From positions 2,190 to 66,189 of the forward strand of contig JAFGQU010000005.1 in assembly GCA_016935525.1 (NCBI GenBank): a stretch of 64,000 nt of DNA, read 5' to 3'. Below the pieces are notes generated by a model that saw only the letters and a program-made list of their open reading frames with translations, did not search any database and had not been told where the DNA came from. This DNA is from Candidatus Omnitrophota bacterium. Lineage in GTDB: Bacteria > Omnitrophota > Gorgyraeia > Duberdicusellales > 4484-171. Below, one piece after another: positions 19,949 to 29,182 of the stretch. A program made the translations under genes and the position numbers. Position 1 is the first letter of the stretch, and every line of letters begins with the position of its first letter.

Positions 19949-20513
19949 GAAACGTATACTTTTGCTGGTTCTTTTTTTGACCGTAGCGGCGGTTCTACCG
20001 CTTTGGGCGCAAAGTCCGAAAGAAGCCGCACCGGCGGTGGCCGAATATATTCCGCCGCAACCGGCCGGGCCCCCGTCTACTTTTTGGGGGTTTATGGGGA
20101 CAATGTTTAAAATCGCCGCGTCGCTTGCGGTGATCATTGTGTTCATCTACCTTACGGTATACGTGCTGAAGAATATCACCGCTGCTTCCGGGCAACGGGT
20201 CGATCTCCATTTTGGAAACCTTTCGGTCGTGGATTCGTTATATTTGGGGCCGGGAAAATATCTCTATCTTGTGAAAGCCGCACACGAAGTATTGGTGCTT
20301 TCGGCATCGGAGAAAGACCTCGGGTTACTTTCCAAGATCACCGATCCTGAGGTAATCGAAGAACTGATCAAAAAACGCGATGAAAAATGGCAGCAGACAA
20401 AACCGTTTCGTGAATATTTGTACGCGGCTCAGAATACGCACCAGTTAAGGACGTATTTACGGGAATCGTTAGGGTCTTTAAAAAACATGTTGAAGCCTAA
20501 AAAACCAGAATGA
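19935..20513 (+). CDS. fliO: Flagellar biosynthesis protein FliO/FliZ
   Basis: Single-TM 192-aa protein immediately upstream of fliP. Confidence 0.55.
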   Translation: MNEYRKRILLLVLFLTVAAVLPLWAQSPKEAAPAVAEYIPPQPAGPPSTFWGFMGTMFKIAASLAVIIVFIYLTVYVLKNITAASGQRVDLHFGNLSVVDSLYLGPGKYLYLVKAAHEVLVLSASEKDLGLLSKITDPEVIEELIKKRDEKWQQTKPFREYLYAAQNTHQLRTYLRESLGSLKNMLKPKKPE

Positions 20514-21268
20514 AATTTCGTCGCACGCTCATTTTTGCTTTTCTTGTAGGGATGCTCAGCCTGGGGGTGTTCGGTGTGTACGCTCAAAATATTCCTATCC
20601 CGAGCGTGTCGATCAACTTCGGGGAATCGCAAAACCCTAAAGACGTCGCGTTCACCCTGCAGATCCTGTTCATCCTCACTATCCTTACCCTGGCTCCGGC
20701 TATCGTGATCATGTTGACTTCATTCACCCGGATCGTCATCGTCTTGGCATTTGTCCGCCAGGCACTGGCAACTCAGCAGATCCCGCCTAACCAGGTATTG
20801 ATCGCGTTGTCCCTTTTTCTGACTTTTTTTGTCATGTCGCCGGTCATCGATAATATCAATGGTAACGCGTTTCAACCTTACCTGAAAGGAGAGATGACTC
20901 AGGCGGCGGCGTTTGATACGTCGTTGGGGTATTTAAGGGAATTCATGATAAAACAGACCAGGCCTAACGATATCGCTTTGTTCATCCATCTTTCCCGTTC
21001 GGCTCAGCCTACCGTAGCTGCCGATATCCCTAATACCGTCCTTATCCCCGCGTTTATATTAAGTGAGATCAAAACCGCTTTTCAATTAGGGTTCGTTATA
21101 TTTATTCCGTTTTTGATTATCGATCTGGTCGTGGCCAGTACGCTTATTTCGATGGGAATGTTGCTGTTGCCCCCGATCCTTATTTCTTTTCCGTTTAAAT
21201 TGTTGTTATTTATTATGGTCGACGGGTGGCATTTGATCACCCGTTCTCTGGTATACAGTTTCCGGTAA
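20510..21268 (+). CDS. fliP: Flagellar export apparatus protein FliP
   Basis: Signal peptide plus TM helices. Conserved FliP motifs (SFTRIVIVLAFVRQALATQQIPPNQVLIALSLFLTFFVM). Confidence 0.9.
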   Translation: MKFRRTLIFAFLVGMLSLGVFGVYAQNIPIPSVSINFGESQNPKDVAFTLQILFILTILTLAPAIVIMLTSFTRIVIVLAFVRQALATQQIPPNQVLIALSLFLTFFVMSPVIDNINGNAFQPYLKGEMTQAAAFDTSLGYLREFMIKQTRPNDIALFIHLSRSAQPTVAADIPNTVLIPAFILSEIKTAFQLGFVIFIPFLIIDLVVASTLISMGMLLLPPILISFPFKLLLFIMVDGWHLITRSLVYSFR

Positions 21269-21322
21269 CAGTGGTGTCGATAAATGAATGGGTATATGCG
21301 AGTGTTTTTTATTCTCGTAATG

Positions 21323-21345
21323 CGAACGACGAACGACGAACGACG
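21323..21345. repeat. Tandem heptamer repeat (CGAACGA)x3 in the fliP-fliQ spacer
   Basis: cgaacgacgaacgacgaacgacg. The same word recurs at 23539 and, reverse-complemented, at 47384. Confidence 0.6.
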
Positions 21346-21350
21346 GGCTT

Positions 21351-21620
21351 ATGACTGAAGCATATCTTTTAGGATTGGGTCAGAACGCGCTGGTGATCTA
21401 TCTCCAGTTAGCCGGTCCGATTTTAGCGTTTGCGCTTACTGCCGGCCTTCTGGTGAGTATCGTCCAGGCGGTAACGCAAATACAGGATATGACCTTGACG
21501 TTTATCCCGAAGATCGTCGCGACGGTATTAGCGTTAGTCCTTTTCGGGCCCTGGATGTTAAAATCGATTATCAAATTTACTTTCGATTTGTTGGTTTCAA
21601 TGCCTAATTTAGTACGTTAA
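21351..21620 (+). CDS. fliQ: Flagellar export apparatus protein FliQ
   Basis: 89 aa with two TM helices. Lies between fliP and fliR. Confidence 0.85.
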   Translation: MTEAYLLGLGQNALVIYLQLAGPILAFALTAGLLVSIVQAVTQIQDMTLTFIPKIVATVLALVLFGPWMLKSIIKFTFDLLVSMPNLVR

Positions 21621-21621
21621 C

Positions 21622-22410
21622 ATGGAAATGTTAAATTCGTTATTACAATTCAACACTCCTCAATTCCAGAGTTTCATTCTTTTAGTCGCCCGGTTCTCCG
21701 GGTTATTTCTTACCGCTCCGGTATTCAGCAACCCGGTTATCCCCAAGATGGTAAAACTCGGATTAATGTTTTTTCTGGGGTTTATCATATTTCCGTTTGT
21801 CGAAAAGATCCCGCTCGTATATGAAAACCCGTTTACTCTTTTTGTCGCCCTGGTGAAAGAGTTCGGGATAGGGGTGTTTCTCGGTTTTTTCGTGAGTTTG
21901 ATCTTCATCGGATTGCAACTTGCCGGGCAGTTTATCGATTACCAGACCGGGTTTGGACTGGTCAATGTCATCGACCCGGAATCACAGGTACAGGTCCCGC
22001 TGGCCGGCCGGTTCCTTTATATTCTTGCCGCGCTTCTTTTTCTGATTATCGGGGGGCATCATCTGATCATTAAAAGTTTAGCCGAAAGCTTCCGTGTATT
22101 TCCGTTGGGAAATTTTACATTTGATCTTCGTCTTCTGGCGGTGATCAACAGGACCTTCGTCCAGTTATTTTTCATTGCGTTTAAGATCGCCGCTCCGGTA
22201 GTCGCGGCGGTATTTCTGGCGGAGATGTCGTATGGAGTAGTTGCCCGGGCGATTCCGCAATTGAATATTCTTATTGTCGGGTTGCCGTTAAAGCTCGGAT
22301 TGGGGACCTATTTTCTTCTGCTTACTCTGCCGTTTTTTTTCTGGATCGTCAAACGGGAGTTTTTTAACATTTTTTTAAGTATCCGTAACCTTTTTCAATT
22401 GTTGAGGTAA
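21622..22410 (+). CDS. fliR: Flagellar export apparatus protein FliR
   Basis: 262 aa, polytopic. Conserved position. Confidence 0.85.
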   Translation: MEMLNSLLQFNTPQFQSFILLVARFSGLFLTAPVFSNPVIPKMVKLGLMFFLGFIIFPFVEKIPLVYENPFTLFVALVKEFGIGVFLGFFVSLIFIGLQLAGQFIDYQTGFGLVNVIDPESQVQVPLAGRFLYILAALLFLIIGGHHLIIKSLAESFRVFPLGNFTFDLRLLAVINRTFVQLFFIAFKIAAPVVAAVFLAEMSYGVVARAIPQLNILIVGLPLKLGLGTYFLLLTLPFFFWIVKREFFNIFLSIRNLFQLLR

Positions 22411-22411
22411 T

Positions 22412-23479
22412 ATGCCCGAGACTGATAAAAGATATCCTGCGACTCCGCACCGTCGGCGCGAAGCGCGCCAAAAAGGACAGGTTGCCAAAAGTATTGAGAT
22501 CAATACGGCAGTCGTCCTTTTCGGCGGATTTATTGTCTTACGGTTTGTATCGGCTTATATGTTTACCAATTTAAAAGATATCGTGGTGACCAGCTTTACT
22601 TTTATTCCGCAGCAGGACATCAGCATGACGTTAGTGCTCGCTCACGCGCCGGCATTAACCCTGAAATTCCTTATGATGATCGCGCCGGTCTTATTAGCGA
22701 TTGCCGTGATCGCGGTACTGGCGAACATATTGCAGATTGGGTTTCTTACCTCGAACGAAGCGATCAAACCGCAGTTAAACCGGCTGAATCCGATTAACGG
22801 GTTTAAACGGATCTTTTCCGCCCGGGCGTTAGTCGAACTTTTTAAGTCGCTGATGAAGATCTCCGTGACCGCGGCGATTACGTATGCCGTTATTCGTTCT
22901 TCTTTGCATCGGTTGGTCTATATGATCGCGATGGAGCCTCAACTGGGGATGTCTATCATCGGTCAGATCGTTTTTTCGTTGATCGCGAAATTATGTACCG
23001 CTCTTGGCGGTATTGCCGTGCTCGATTATCTTTATCAGCGCTGGGAACATGAGCGGTCTTTACGTATGACCCATCAGGAATTGAAAGAAGAGATCATCCG
23101 TTATGAGGGAAGACCGGAAGTGAAACAGCGGATAAAGACCTTGCAGCGTCAATATGCCACCCGACGGATGATGCAGGAAGTCCCTAAAGCCGATGTGGTG
23201 GTCACCAACCCGACGCATCTTGCGGTCGCGATAATGTACGATCCTAAACACGGTACCGCGCCGATGGTCGTTGCCAAGGGCGCACGTAACATAGCTGAAA
23301 AGATTATTGCTCTGGCAAAGGAGCACGGGGTGCCGGTGGTCGAAAATAAACCGTTAGCTCAAATGCTTTTTAAAATGGTCGAGATAGGCAAGATGATCCC
23401 GGTAACGATGTATCAAGCGGTAGCCGAAGTACTGGCTTATTTATACCGTTTAGGGAAACTGAAGAAAAGATGGAACTAA
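22412..23479 (+). CDS. flhB: Flagellar export apparatus protein FlhB
   Basis: N-terminal ATPHRRREARQKGQVAKS. NPTH autocleavage motif (VVVTNPTHLAVAI). Confidence 0.9.
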   Translation: MPETDKRYPATPHRRREARQKGQVAKSIEINTAVVLFGGFIVLRFVSAYMFTNLKDIVVTSFTFIPQQDISMTLVLAHAPALTLKFLMMIAPVLLAIAVIAVLANILQIGFLTSNEAIKPQLNRLNPINGFKRIFSARALVELFKSLMKISVTAAITYAVIRSSLHRLVYMIAMEPQLGMSIIGQIVFSLIAKLCTALGGIAVLDYLYQRWEHERSLRMTHQELKEEIIRYEGRPEVKQRIKTLQRQYATRRMMQEVPKADVVVTNPTHLAVAIMYDPKHGTAPMVVAKGARNIAEKIIALAKEHGVPVVENKPLAQMLFKMVEIGKMIPVTMYQAVAEVLAYLYRLGKLKKRWN

Positions 23480-23538
23480 TGCATATAGTCGATAGTCGTT
23501 GGTCGAGAGTATCTAGTGAAAAAATAGGATGCCATATA

Positions 23539-23560
23539 CGAACGACGAACGACGAACGAC
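23539..23560. repeat. Tandem heptamer repeat (CGAACGA)x3 in the flhB-flhA spacer
   Basis: cgaacgacgaacgacgaacgac, immediately upstream of the flhA start. The ORF-track N-terminus of flhA (TNDERRTTKDER) is just this repeat translated. Confidence 0.6.
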
Positions 23561-23576
23561 CAAAGACGAAAGAAGT

Positions 23577-25649
23577 ATGACAGAGGATATAGCGGTTTTA
23601 AAAAGATTTACGCAGCTCGGCGAACTTTTGCTGGGGCTAGGGTTGCTGATCGTCATCGGCATGTTGCTTTTGCCGCTGCCGCCTTTTCTATTAGACCTGT
23701 TCCTGGTATTTAATATCGGGATTTCGTTGGTAGTGCTTTTGGTGACGATGTATATCCAGGAATCGGTACATTTCTCTATTTTTCCCAGCGCGTTATTGAT
23801 GATGACGTTATTCCGGTTGGGATTGAATATCGCCGCGTCGCGCGCGATTTTGACGCGCGGGATCAATGCCGGTAATATTATCAGTTCGTTTGGGACCTTT
23901 GTGGTCGCCGGGAATTATGTGGTCGGGTTGGTTATTTTTATTATCCTGGTGATCATCCAGTTTATTGTCATCACTAATGGCGCCCAACGTGTCGCCGAGG
24001 TCGCCGCCCGGTTTACCTTGGACGCGATGCCGGGGAAACAGATGTCTATCGACGCCGATTTAAATGCCGGGCTTATCACTGAGACCGACGCGCGCCAGCG
24101 CCGGGCCAATATCGAAAAAGAGGCCGATTTTTATGGAGCGATGGATGGAGCGGCCCGGTTTATCCGGGGAGACGCGATCGCGGCTATCATCATTATCATA
24201 GTAAACATTATCGGCGGATTTATTGTCGGGGTGTTTCAGCAGAATATGGCTTTACAGGACGCCTTGCGTACGTATGTGTTACTCACCATCGGTGCGGGAA
24301 TCGCCATGCAGATCCCGGCTTTGTTTATCGCGACCGGTACCGGTATTATCGTATCCCGGGTATCCAACGAATCGAATTTAGGAAAAGACCTATCGTCTCA
24401 GATTTTCAGCCAACCGCAGGCGTTGGTCGTGACGGCCGGGCTTCTTTCCCTTTTACTTTTTATTCCGGCATTACCGAAACTGCCTATTTTTCTTATTGCT
24501 CTTTCAACCGGAGGAATCGCCTATATTGTGAAAAACGCGGCAAAACGGGCGACCGCAGAAGAAGGTAAACGGACCGAAAAAGAAGCGATGCTTAAACGTA
24601 AACCGGAAAACGTCATTAACTTACTTAAAGTAGATCCGATCGAACTGGAGATCGGCTATGGACTTATTCCTCTGGTAAATCCCGAGCAAGGCGGGACGTT
24701 GCTTGACCGGGTCGGTCTTATCCGGCGTCAATTAGCGCTTGACCTGGGGATTGTCGTTCCGCCGGTACGTATCCGGGATAACATTCAGCTGGCCCCTAAT
24801 CAGTATAGTATTAAGATCAAAGGGATCGAAGTCGCCAGGAAAGAGGTCCAGCTTAATCACTATCTTGCGATCAATCCCGGTAAGGTCAAAGAAGAGATAA
24901 GGGGTATTGCCGGCAGCGAACCGGTATTCAATTTACCGGGGGTATGGATCATGGAAGGGCAACGGCGTAAAGCCGAAGTGAACGGGTATACGGTGGTTGA
25001 TATCGCGACGGTTATTTCCACTCATCTTAGCGAGATCATTAAATCGAATGCCCCGGAACTGGTCACCCGCCAGGATATCCAGAACCTTCTCGATAATCTG
25101 AAGAAAGATTATCCGGCAGTGGTCGACGAACTGGTACCGAATGTGATGAACGTAGGAGATATCCAGAAAATACTGAAAGGTCTATTACGAGAACGCGTGC
25201 CGGTAAGGGATCTGGTGACCGTATGTGAGACCCTTGCCGACCATGGCCGGCTGACTAAAAATATCGATGTCTTGATCGAAACCGTAAGAGCCGCGTTAGG
25301 CCATAATATCTGTAAACAATATGTTTCTCCGGACAAGATCCTTTACGTGACGACGTTGAGCCCGCAAATCGAACGGCAGATAGCCGATAGGATCCAGAAT
25401 CAGGATGAACCGGGAGAGATCGCTTTTGACCCGGAATTCGTCAAAGAGGTCCTGAATTCTACTGCGAAAGCTTTAGAGAATCTGCTGGCGAAAGGCTGCC
25501 AACCGGTGATCCTGGTATCGCCGCATGTCCGGTTGGCGTTACGCCGGATGACCGAACGCAGCCTTCCTAACCTGGCGGTACTCTCTTATCGGGAAATACC
25601 GGTCGGTCAGGAAGTAAAAGTGTTGGGGAGCGTGATGAGTCCAGTATGA
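23577..25649 (+). CDS. flhA: Flagellar export apparatus protein FlhA
   Basis: ~690 aa. TM domain plus the conserved FHIPEP region (RFTLDAMPGKQMSIDADLNAGLI). Start moved from ORF-track 23529 to ATG 23577, downstream of the repeat. Confidence 0.9.
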   Translation: MTEDIAVLKRFTQLGELLLGLGLLIVIGMLLLPLPPFLLDLFLVFNIGISLVVLLVTMYIQESVHFSIFPSALLMMTLFRLGLNIAASRAILTRGINAGNIISSFGTFVVAGNYVVGLVIFIILVIIQFIVITNGAQRVAEVAARFTLDAMPGKQMSIDADLNAGLITETDARQRRANIEKEADFYGAMDGAARFIRGDAIAAIIIIIVNIIGGFIVGVFQQNMALQDALRTYVLLTIGAGIAMQIPALFIATGTGIIVSRVSNESNLGKDLSSQIFSQPQALVVTAGLLSLLLFIPALPKLPIFLIALSTGGIAYIVKNAAKRATAEEGKRTEKEAMLKRKPENVINLLKVDPIELEIGYGLIPLVNPEQGGTLLDRVGLIRRQLALDLGIVVPPVRIRDNIQLAPNQYSIKIKGIEVARKEVQLNHYLAINPGKVKEEIRGIAGSEPVFNLPGVWIMEGQRRKAEVNGYTVVDIATVISTHLSEIIKSNAPELVTRQDIQNLLDNLKKDYPAVVDELVPNVMNVGDIQKILKGLLRERVPVRDLVTVCETLADHGRLTKNIDVLIETVRAALGHNICKQYVSPDKILYVTTLSPQIERQIADRIQNQDEPGEIAFDPEFVKEVLNSTAKALENLLAKGCQPVILVSPHVRLALRRMTERSLPNLAVLSYREIPVGQEVKVLGSVMSPV

Positions 25650-26830
25650 AGGTAAAACGGTACGAAGGAAAAAACATCCAGGACGTGATCTCTAAGATCA
25701 AAGTCGATCTTGGCCCGGGAGCGACTATCCTTTACATGAAAGATATTACTCAGAAACGATTGTTCAGGAAAAAGATCAAGAAAATAGAGGTCGTCGCCGG
25801 CAGAGAAGAGACCAAGCCGTCTCTGGATACGGCTAAGATCGAATTGCTCCAGTGGGAACTGAAAGAATTGAAAGAGAGCGTGAAAACCATCACCTCTAAA
25901 ATAACCAACGGACACATAGACCGTCCGGCCGTATCACCCCAGCCCGGCGGTGGCGGCCAACCTTTTTCTATGGTGCCGGGAGAAAACGCCGACCGTAAAA
26001 ATACGTTTGCGCCGGTCATCCGTAATATGAAAAAACGCCTGCGTGATCTCGATATTGAGGAAGAAATAGTCGATTTGGTGATCGAAGAGTTCCAAAATAA
26101 ATACAGTGAGAAAGAATTCATGAACCCGCTTCTTTTTGATGATTTTATCTCAAATTATATTCAGCATCAGATCGCGATTGCCGGCCCGATCGTGACCGGC
26201 GGGCGTAAAGTAGTCGCTTTTGTCGGCCCCACGGGAGTCGGTAAGACTACGACGATCGCCAAGCTTGCCGCTCACTTTTCTCTGGTGGAACGCAAGCGAG
26301 TCTCTTTGTTGACCGTCGATACCTACCGTATCGCCGCGGTCGATCAGTTAAAGACCTACGCTGAGATCATCGGGATACCGGTCGAAGTAGTGTTTAGTCC
26401 CAATGAATTCCTGGCCGCGTTAAGCCGGAACCAGGATAAAGACCTGGTACTTATCGATACTCCGGGCGGGAATCCTTTTGATACGATCCGTATGAGCGAA
26501 TTAAAAAAGTTTCTCGAACAGGATACCCATATCGAAAACCATCTGCTTATCAGCCTTACTACGAAAGCAAAAGAACTGATTGAGATATTCAACTGTTACA
26601 GCGTGATGCATATCGATAAGGTGATCTTTACTAAGTTGGATGAATGTAAAACATTCGGCAATATCCTCAATGTCGCGGCAAAGGTCAATCAGCCGATTTC
26701 TTACGTGACTACGGGACAGAATGTGCCGGATGATATTGAAGTGGGTGAGACAAACCGTCTTATGAATCTTATCTTACGGGGGAGAGAGAGTCTCTTCCAG
26801 GGCCGAAAACTGGAAGGAATAAGAAGATAG
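25646..26830 (+). CDS. flhF: Flagellar biosynthesis GTPase FlhF (SRP-type)
   Basis: G1 motif VAFVGPTGVGKTTTIAKLAA and DTPG (LIDTPGGNP). Follows flhA. Confidence 0.85.
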   Translation: MKVKRYEGKNIQDVISKIKVDLGPGATILYMKDITQKRLFRKKIKKIEVVAGREETKPSLDTAKIELLQWELKELKESVKTITSKITNGHIDRPAVSPQPGGGGQPFSMVPGENADRKNTFAPVIRNMKKRLRDLDIEEEIVDLVIEEFQNKYSEKEFMNPLLFDDFISNYIQHQIAIAGPIVTGGRKVVAFVGPTGVGKTTTIAKLAAHFSLVERKRVSLLTVDTYRIAAVDQLKTYAEIIGIPVEVVFSPNEFLAALSRNQDKDLVLIDTPGGNPFDTIRMSELKKFLEQDTHIENHLLISLTTKAKELIEIFNCYSVMHIDKVIFTKLDECKTFGNILNVAAKVNQPISYVTTGQNVPDDIEVGETNRLMNLILRGRESLFQGRKLEGIRR

Positions 26831-26838
26831 GGAAAACC

Positions 26839-27699
26839 ATGGGCATGATGAACATTGATCAAGCTGACAGTCTGCGCCGGATGATCGAAAAGATCTCTAA
26901 AGGGGTAAACCTGGGATTTTTGAATATTATGGGTTCGATATTCCCTAGAGATAAACCGATATTTGTGTTATCGGGTACGGAAAAAGAATTACTTTCTTTA
27001 AGTAACCTTTCCGGTAATCTGGGGATTGCGCTTGCGACCATGAATCAAAGAGTCGGTATTCTTGACGCTCATTCTCAGAGCGTGAACACTTCGTTGATCC
27101 TGGGAATAGACGCCCCGTTGGGCGTTGCCGATATAGAGAGCGAACGGTATTCATTGAAAGATGTCCTCTACACCGGCCCGTTACGGGTCCAGTTTTTAAA
27201 AGGGTTTGAGATCATTGAAAATATACAATTGTGGGACGGAGTGTATCGCGATCGATTCCTGCAGGATATCCAACAGTTTTTTCAGCGCGAGGCCAACGTG
27301 GTTCTTATCAATGAGATCCGTCCGCGGTTTTCCTTTATGTTGCCGAGGGTGGTGATCGTGTTTTCTCCGACCGAAGAATCAAAAATCGCCGCGTATAAAC
27401 GACTCAAAAAGATGTGTGAGGCAAACCCCGATGCCCAGGTCAGTTTTATTATTAATAACGCCCGGTCTCTGGCCGAAGCCGATAGCATTGCTGAGAACTT
27501 TATGGTTACCGCGAAGAAATTTTTGCATAAAGAAGTAAAGTATCTGGGAGTGATCGCGGTGAGTGCCGATATGGTAAAAAGCATTAAGTTGCGCCGGCCG
27601 TTTATGATCGGTTATCGTTATTCTAAGGCAGCGGAATATATCCGTATCGTAGCAAAAAACATTCTGAATGTATCGGCTCAGACCGTAACGCCGACGTAA
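26839..27699 (+). CDS. flhG: FlhG/MinD-like protein with FlhF-activating N-terminus but degenerate P-loop
   Basis: N-terminal MNIDQADSLRRMIEK matches the DQAxxLR FlhF-activator helix of FlhG. At the position of the deviant Walker A (KGGxGK[ST]) the sequence reads LSGTEKELLSLSNL, so no intact P-loop is present. Confidence 0.55.
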   Translation: MGMMNIDQADSLRRMIEKISKGVNLGFLNIMGSIFPRDKPIFVLSGTEKELLSLSNLSGNLGIALATMNQRVGILDAHSQSVNTSLILGIDAPLGVADIESERYSLKDVLYTGPLRVQFLKGFEIIENIQLWDGVYRDRFLQDIQQFFQREANVVLINEIRPRFSFMLPRVVIVFSPTEESKIAAYKRLKKMCEANPDAQVSFIINNARSLAEADSIAENFMVTAKKFLHKEVKYLGVIAVSADMVKSIKLRRPFMIGYRYSKAAEYIRIVAKNILNVSAQTVTPT

Positions 27700-27723
27700 A
27701 GGTAAACGAGTTGATTTGAATCG

Positions 27724-28431
27724 ATGGGGTTTTTAGGTTTAACTACTAAAGAACGCAGTATATGGAATATGATCCAAAGTGGTGATAAAGTGCGGATAAG
27801 ACCCAAAGAAACAAAAGATAAAACCCATGGGAGTTTTGTTTCGCATATAGAAGCGGCGGCGCTCTATGTCAACACCCCGCTTGACGGAACGACTTATTTC
27901 GAGATCGCCCCCCGTACTCCGGTAGAGGTCGACATCGAAATCCTCGGTTATGGCGGAGGGCGGGTAGAATTTTCATCCCGGATCGTTTCTCAACAATGGG
28001 ACAAAAAACGGCTGACCAAGATCGCCTGTCCCCGGAAATTATCCTGGGTGCAGATGCGTCGGTACGTACGTATCGACGTGGTCGTTGATATCGAATTTTC
28101 TGTCGTCGATGCCAAGAAGCCTTCAAAGAACGTATCATTAGGATATCCCCGGTTTCAGGGGGTCACTAAGAATGTGTCTGAGGGGGGATTGATGCTTTTG
28201 GTTGCTAAATCTTCTCAGGTCGACGTGAACCAGCTGATCGACATGCAGGTAAAACTGGACCGCGATGATTCTTTTAAAGTGCGGGGAAAAATATTGCGTC
28301 AGATCGGATTACCCGTCCAGGATAAATATGTGTTAGGCGTCCAGTTTACGCATATTTCGGATGCGGATAAGGAAAAATTAAGACGGTTTATTTTTGAAAC
28401 AGGTAAAAAGAGGAATTTAAGAACAAGGTAA
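27724..28431 (+). CDS. PilZ-domain c-di-GMP receptor, YcgR/flagellar-brake-like (paralog 1 of 3)
   Basis: C-terminal PilZ motifs RRYVR (RxxxR) and NVSEGG (D/NxSxGG). N-terminal PilZN-like domain. Lies between flhG and fliA. Confidence 0.7.
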   Translation: MGFLGLTTKERSIWNMIQSGDKVRIRPKETKDKTHGSFVSHIEAAALYVNTPLDGTTYFEIAPRTPVEVDIEILGYGGGRVEFSSRIVSQQWDKKRLTKIACPRKLSWVQMRRYVRIDVVVDIEFSVVDAKKPSKNVSLGYPRFQGVTKNVSEGGLMLLVAKSSQVDVNQLIDMQVKLDRDDSFKVRGKILRQIGLPVQDKYVLGVQFTHISDADKEKLRRFIFETGKKRNLRTR

Positions 28432-28437
28432 GGTGGT

Positions 28438-29154
28438 ATGGGTATTTTTGGATTGAGCTTTAAAGAGAAAAAGGTATGGAATAGTATTGCTCCCGCAAAT
28501 AAGATCTCTGTGCGTCTTAAAGAGAGCCCTCACGACGTATATCGTAGCAATGTGATCGAAGTGACGAAAAAAATTTTGATGATCAAAACCCCGATGTTAG
28601 GGATGGTATACCTGGAAATAATGCCCAACACAGTCGCGATGCTGGAAGTCGAGATATTAAACCCTCTCAACGGCCGTATTTTCTTCTCATCAAAGATCAT
28701 TTCTCAGGAATGGATGAAAGAAAGAACTACCAGGATTGCTGTTCCCCGTTCGATAAAATGGGTCCAGCTGCGCAGGTGTTTTCGTCTGGAGATCGTATTG
28801 GATTGCGAATACGCCTTAACCGGTGCCCGGTCGCCGAAAGATAAATTTGATCTGACTTCCCCGGTCCTGTTCGGGCTGGTAAGAAACATCTCTGAGCTCG
28901 GCGTTTTTTTGATTACGGAAAATATAATTAATATAGACGTGGGAACCCAGCTTAATCTGAAAGTAAATCTTGCTCCCGGTCTTCTTTTCCGCGGCCGGGG
29001 TAAAGTATTAAGGATAGAGAAAGTGGGAGATAAGTTCGGACTTGGCATAGAATTCCTTGCCACCCGGGAGAACGACCGGGAAATGTTGCGGAAATTTATT
29101 TTCAGTACGGACCGTAAATGGAATATCAGAACACAAGAACAAGAGGCGAAATAA
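28438..29154 (+). CDS. PilZ-domain protein, YcgR-like (paralog 2 of 3)
   Basis: LRRCFRLEI (RxxxR) and RNISELGVF: the canonical GG is replaced by LG. Same architecture as paralog 1. Confidence 0.65.
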   Translation: MGIFGLSFKEKKVWNSIAPANKISVRLKESPHDVYRSNVIEVTKKILMIKTPMLGMVYLEIMPNTVAMLEVEILNPLNGRIFFSSKIISQEWMKERTTRIAVPRSIKWVQLRRCFRLEIVLDCEYALTGARSPKDKFDLTSPVLFGLVRNISELGVFLITENIINIDVGTQLNLKVNLAPGLLFRGRGKVLRIEKVGDKFGLGIEFLATRENDREMLRKFIFSTDRKWNIRTQEQEAK

Positions 29155-29182
29155 ATAACGCAAAGAGAGGCGGTGAATTTTT

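Noticed and set aside
23529-23576. N-terminal extensions of flhA (TNDERRTTKDER), the cytidylyltransferase (MFFVCLCGYVSC), neuB and the acetyltransferase as real coding sequence
   Set aside because: These segments are translations of the CGAACGA, GTCACA and GAAATAC intergenic repeats. Downstream ATG/TTG starts with RBSs fit the protein families better.
559-25336. Numerous minus-strand ORFs of 60-210 aa embedded in + strand flagellar genes (e.g. 17582..18217, 19567..20031, 8708..9136)
   Set aside because: They are antisense to strongly supported conserved genes, lack RBSs and have low-complexity or biased composition. Treated as spurious shadow ORFs.
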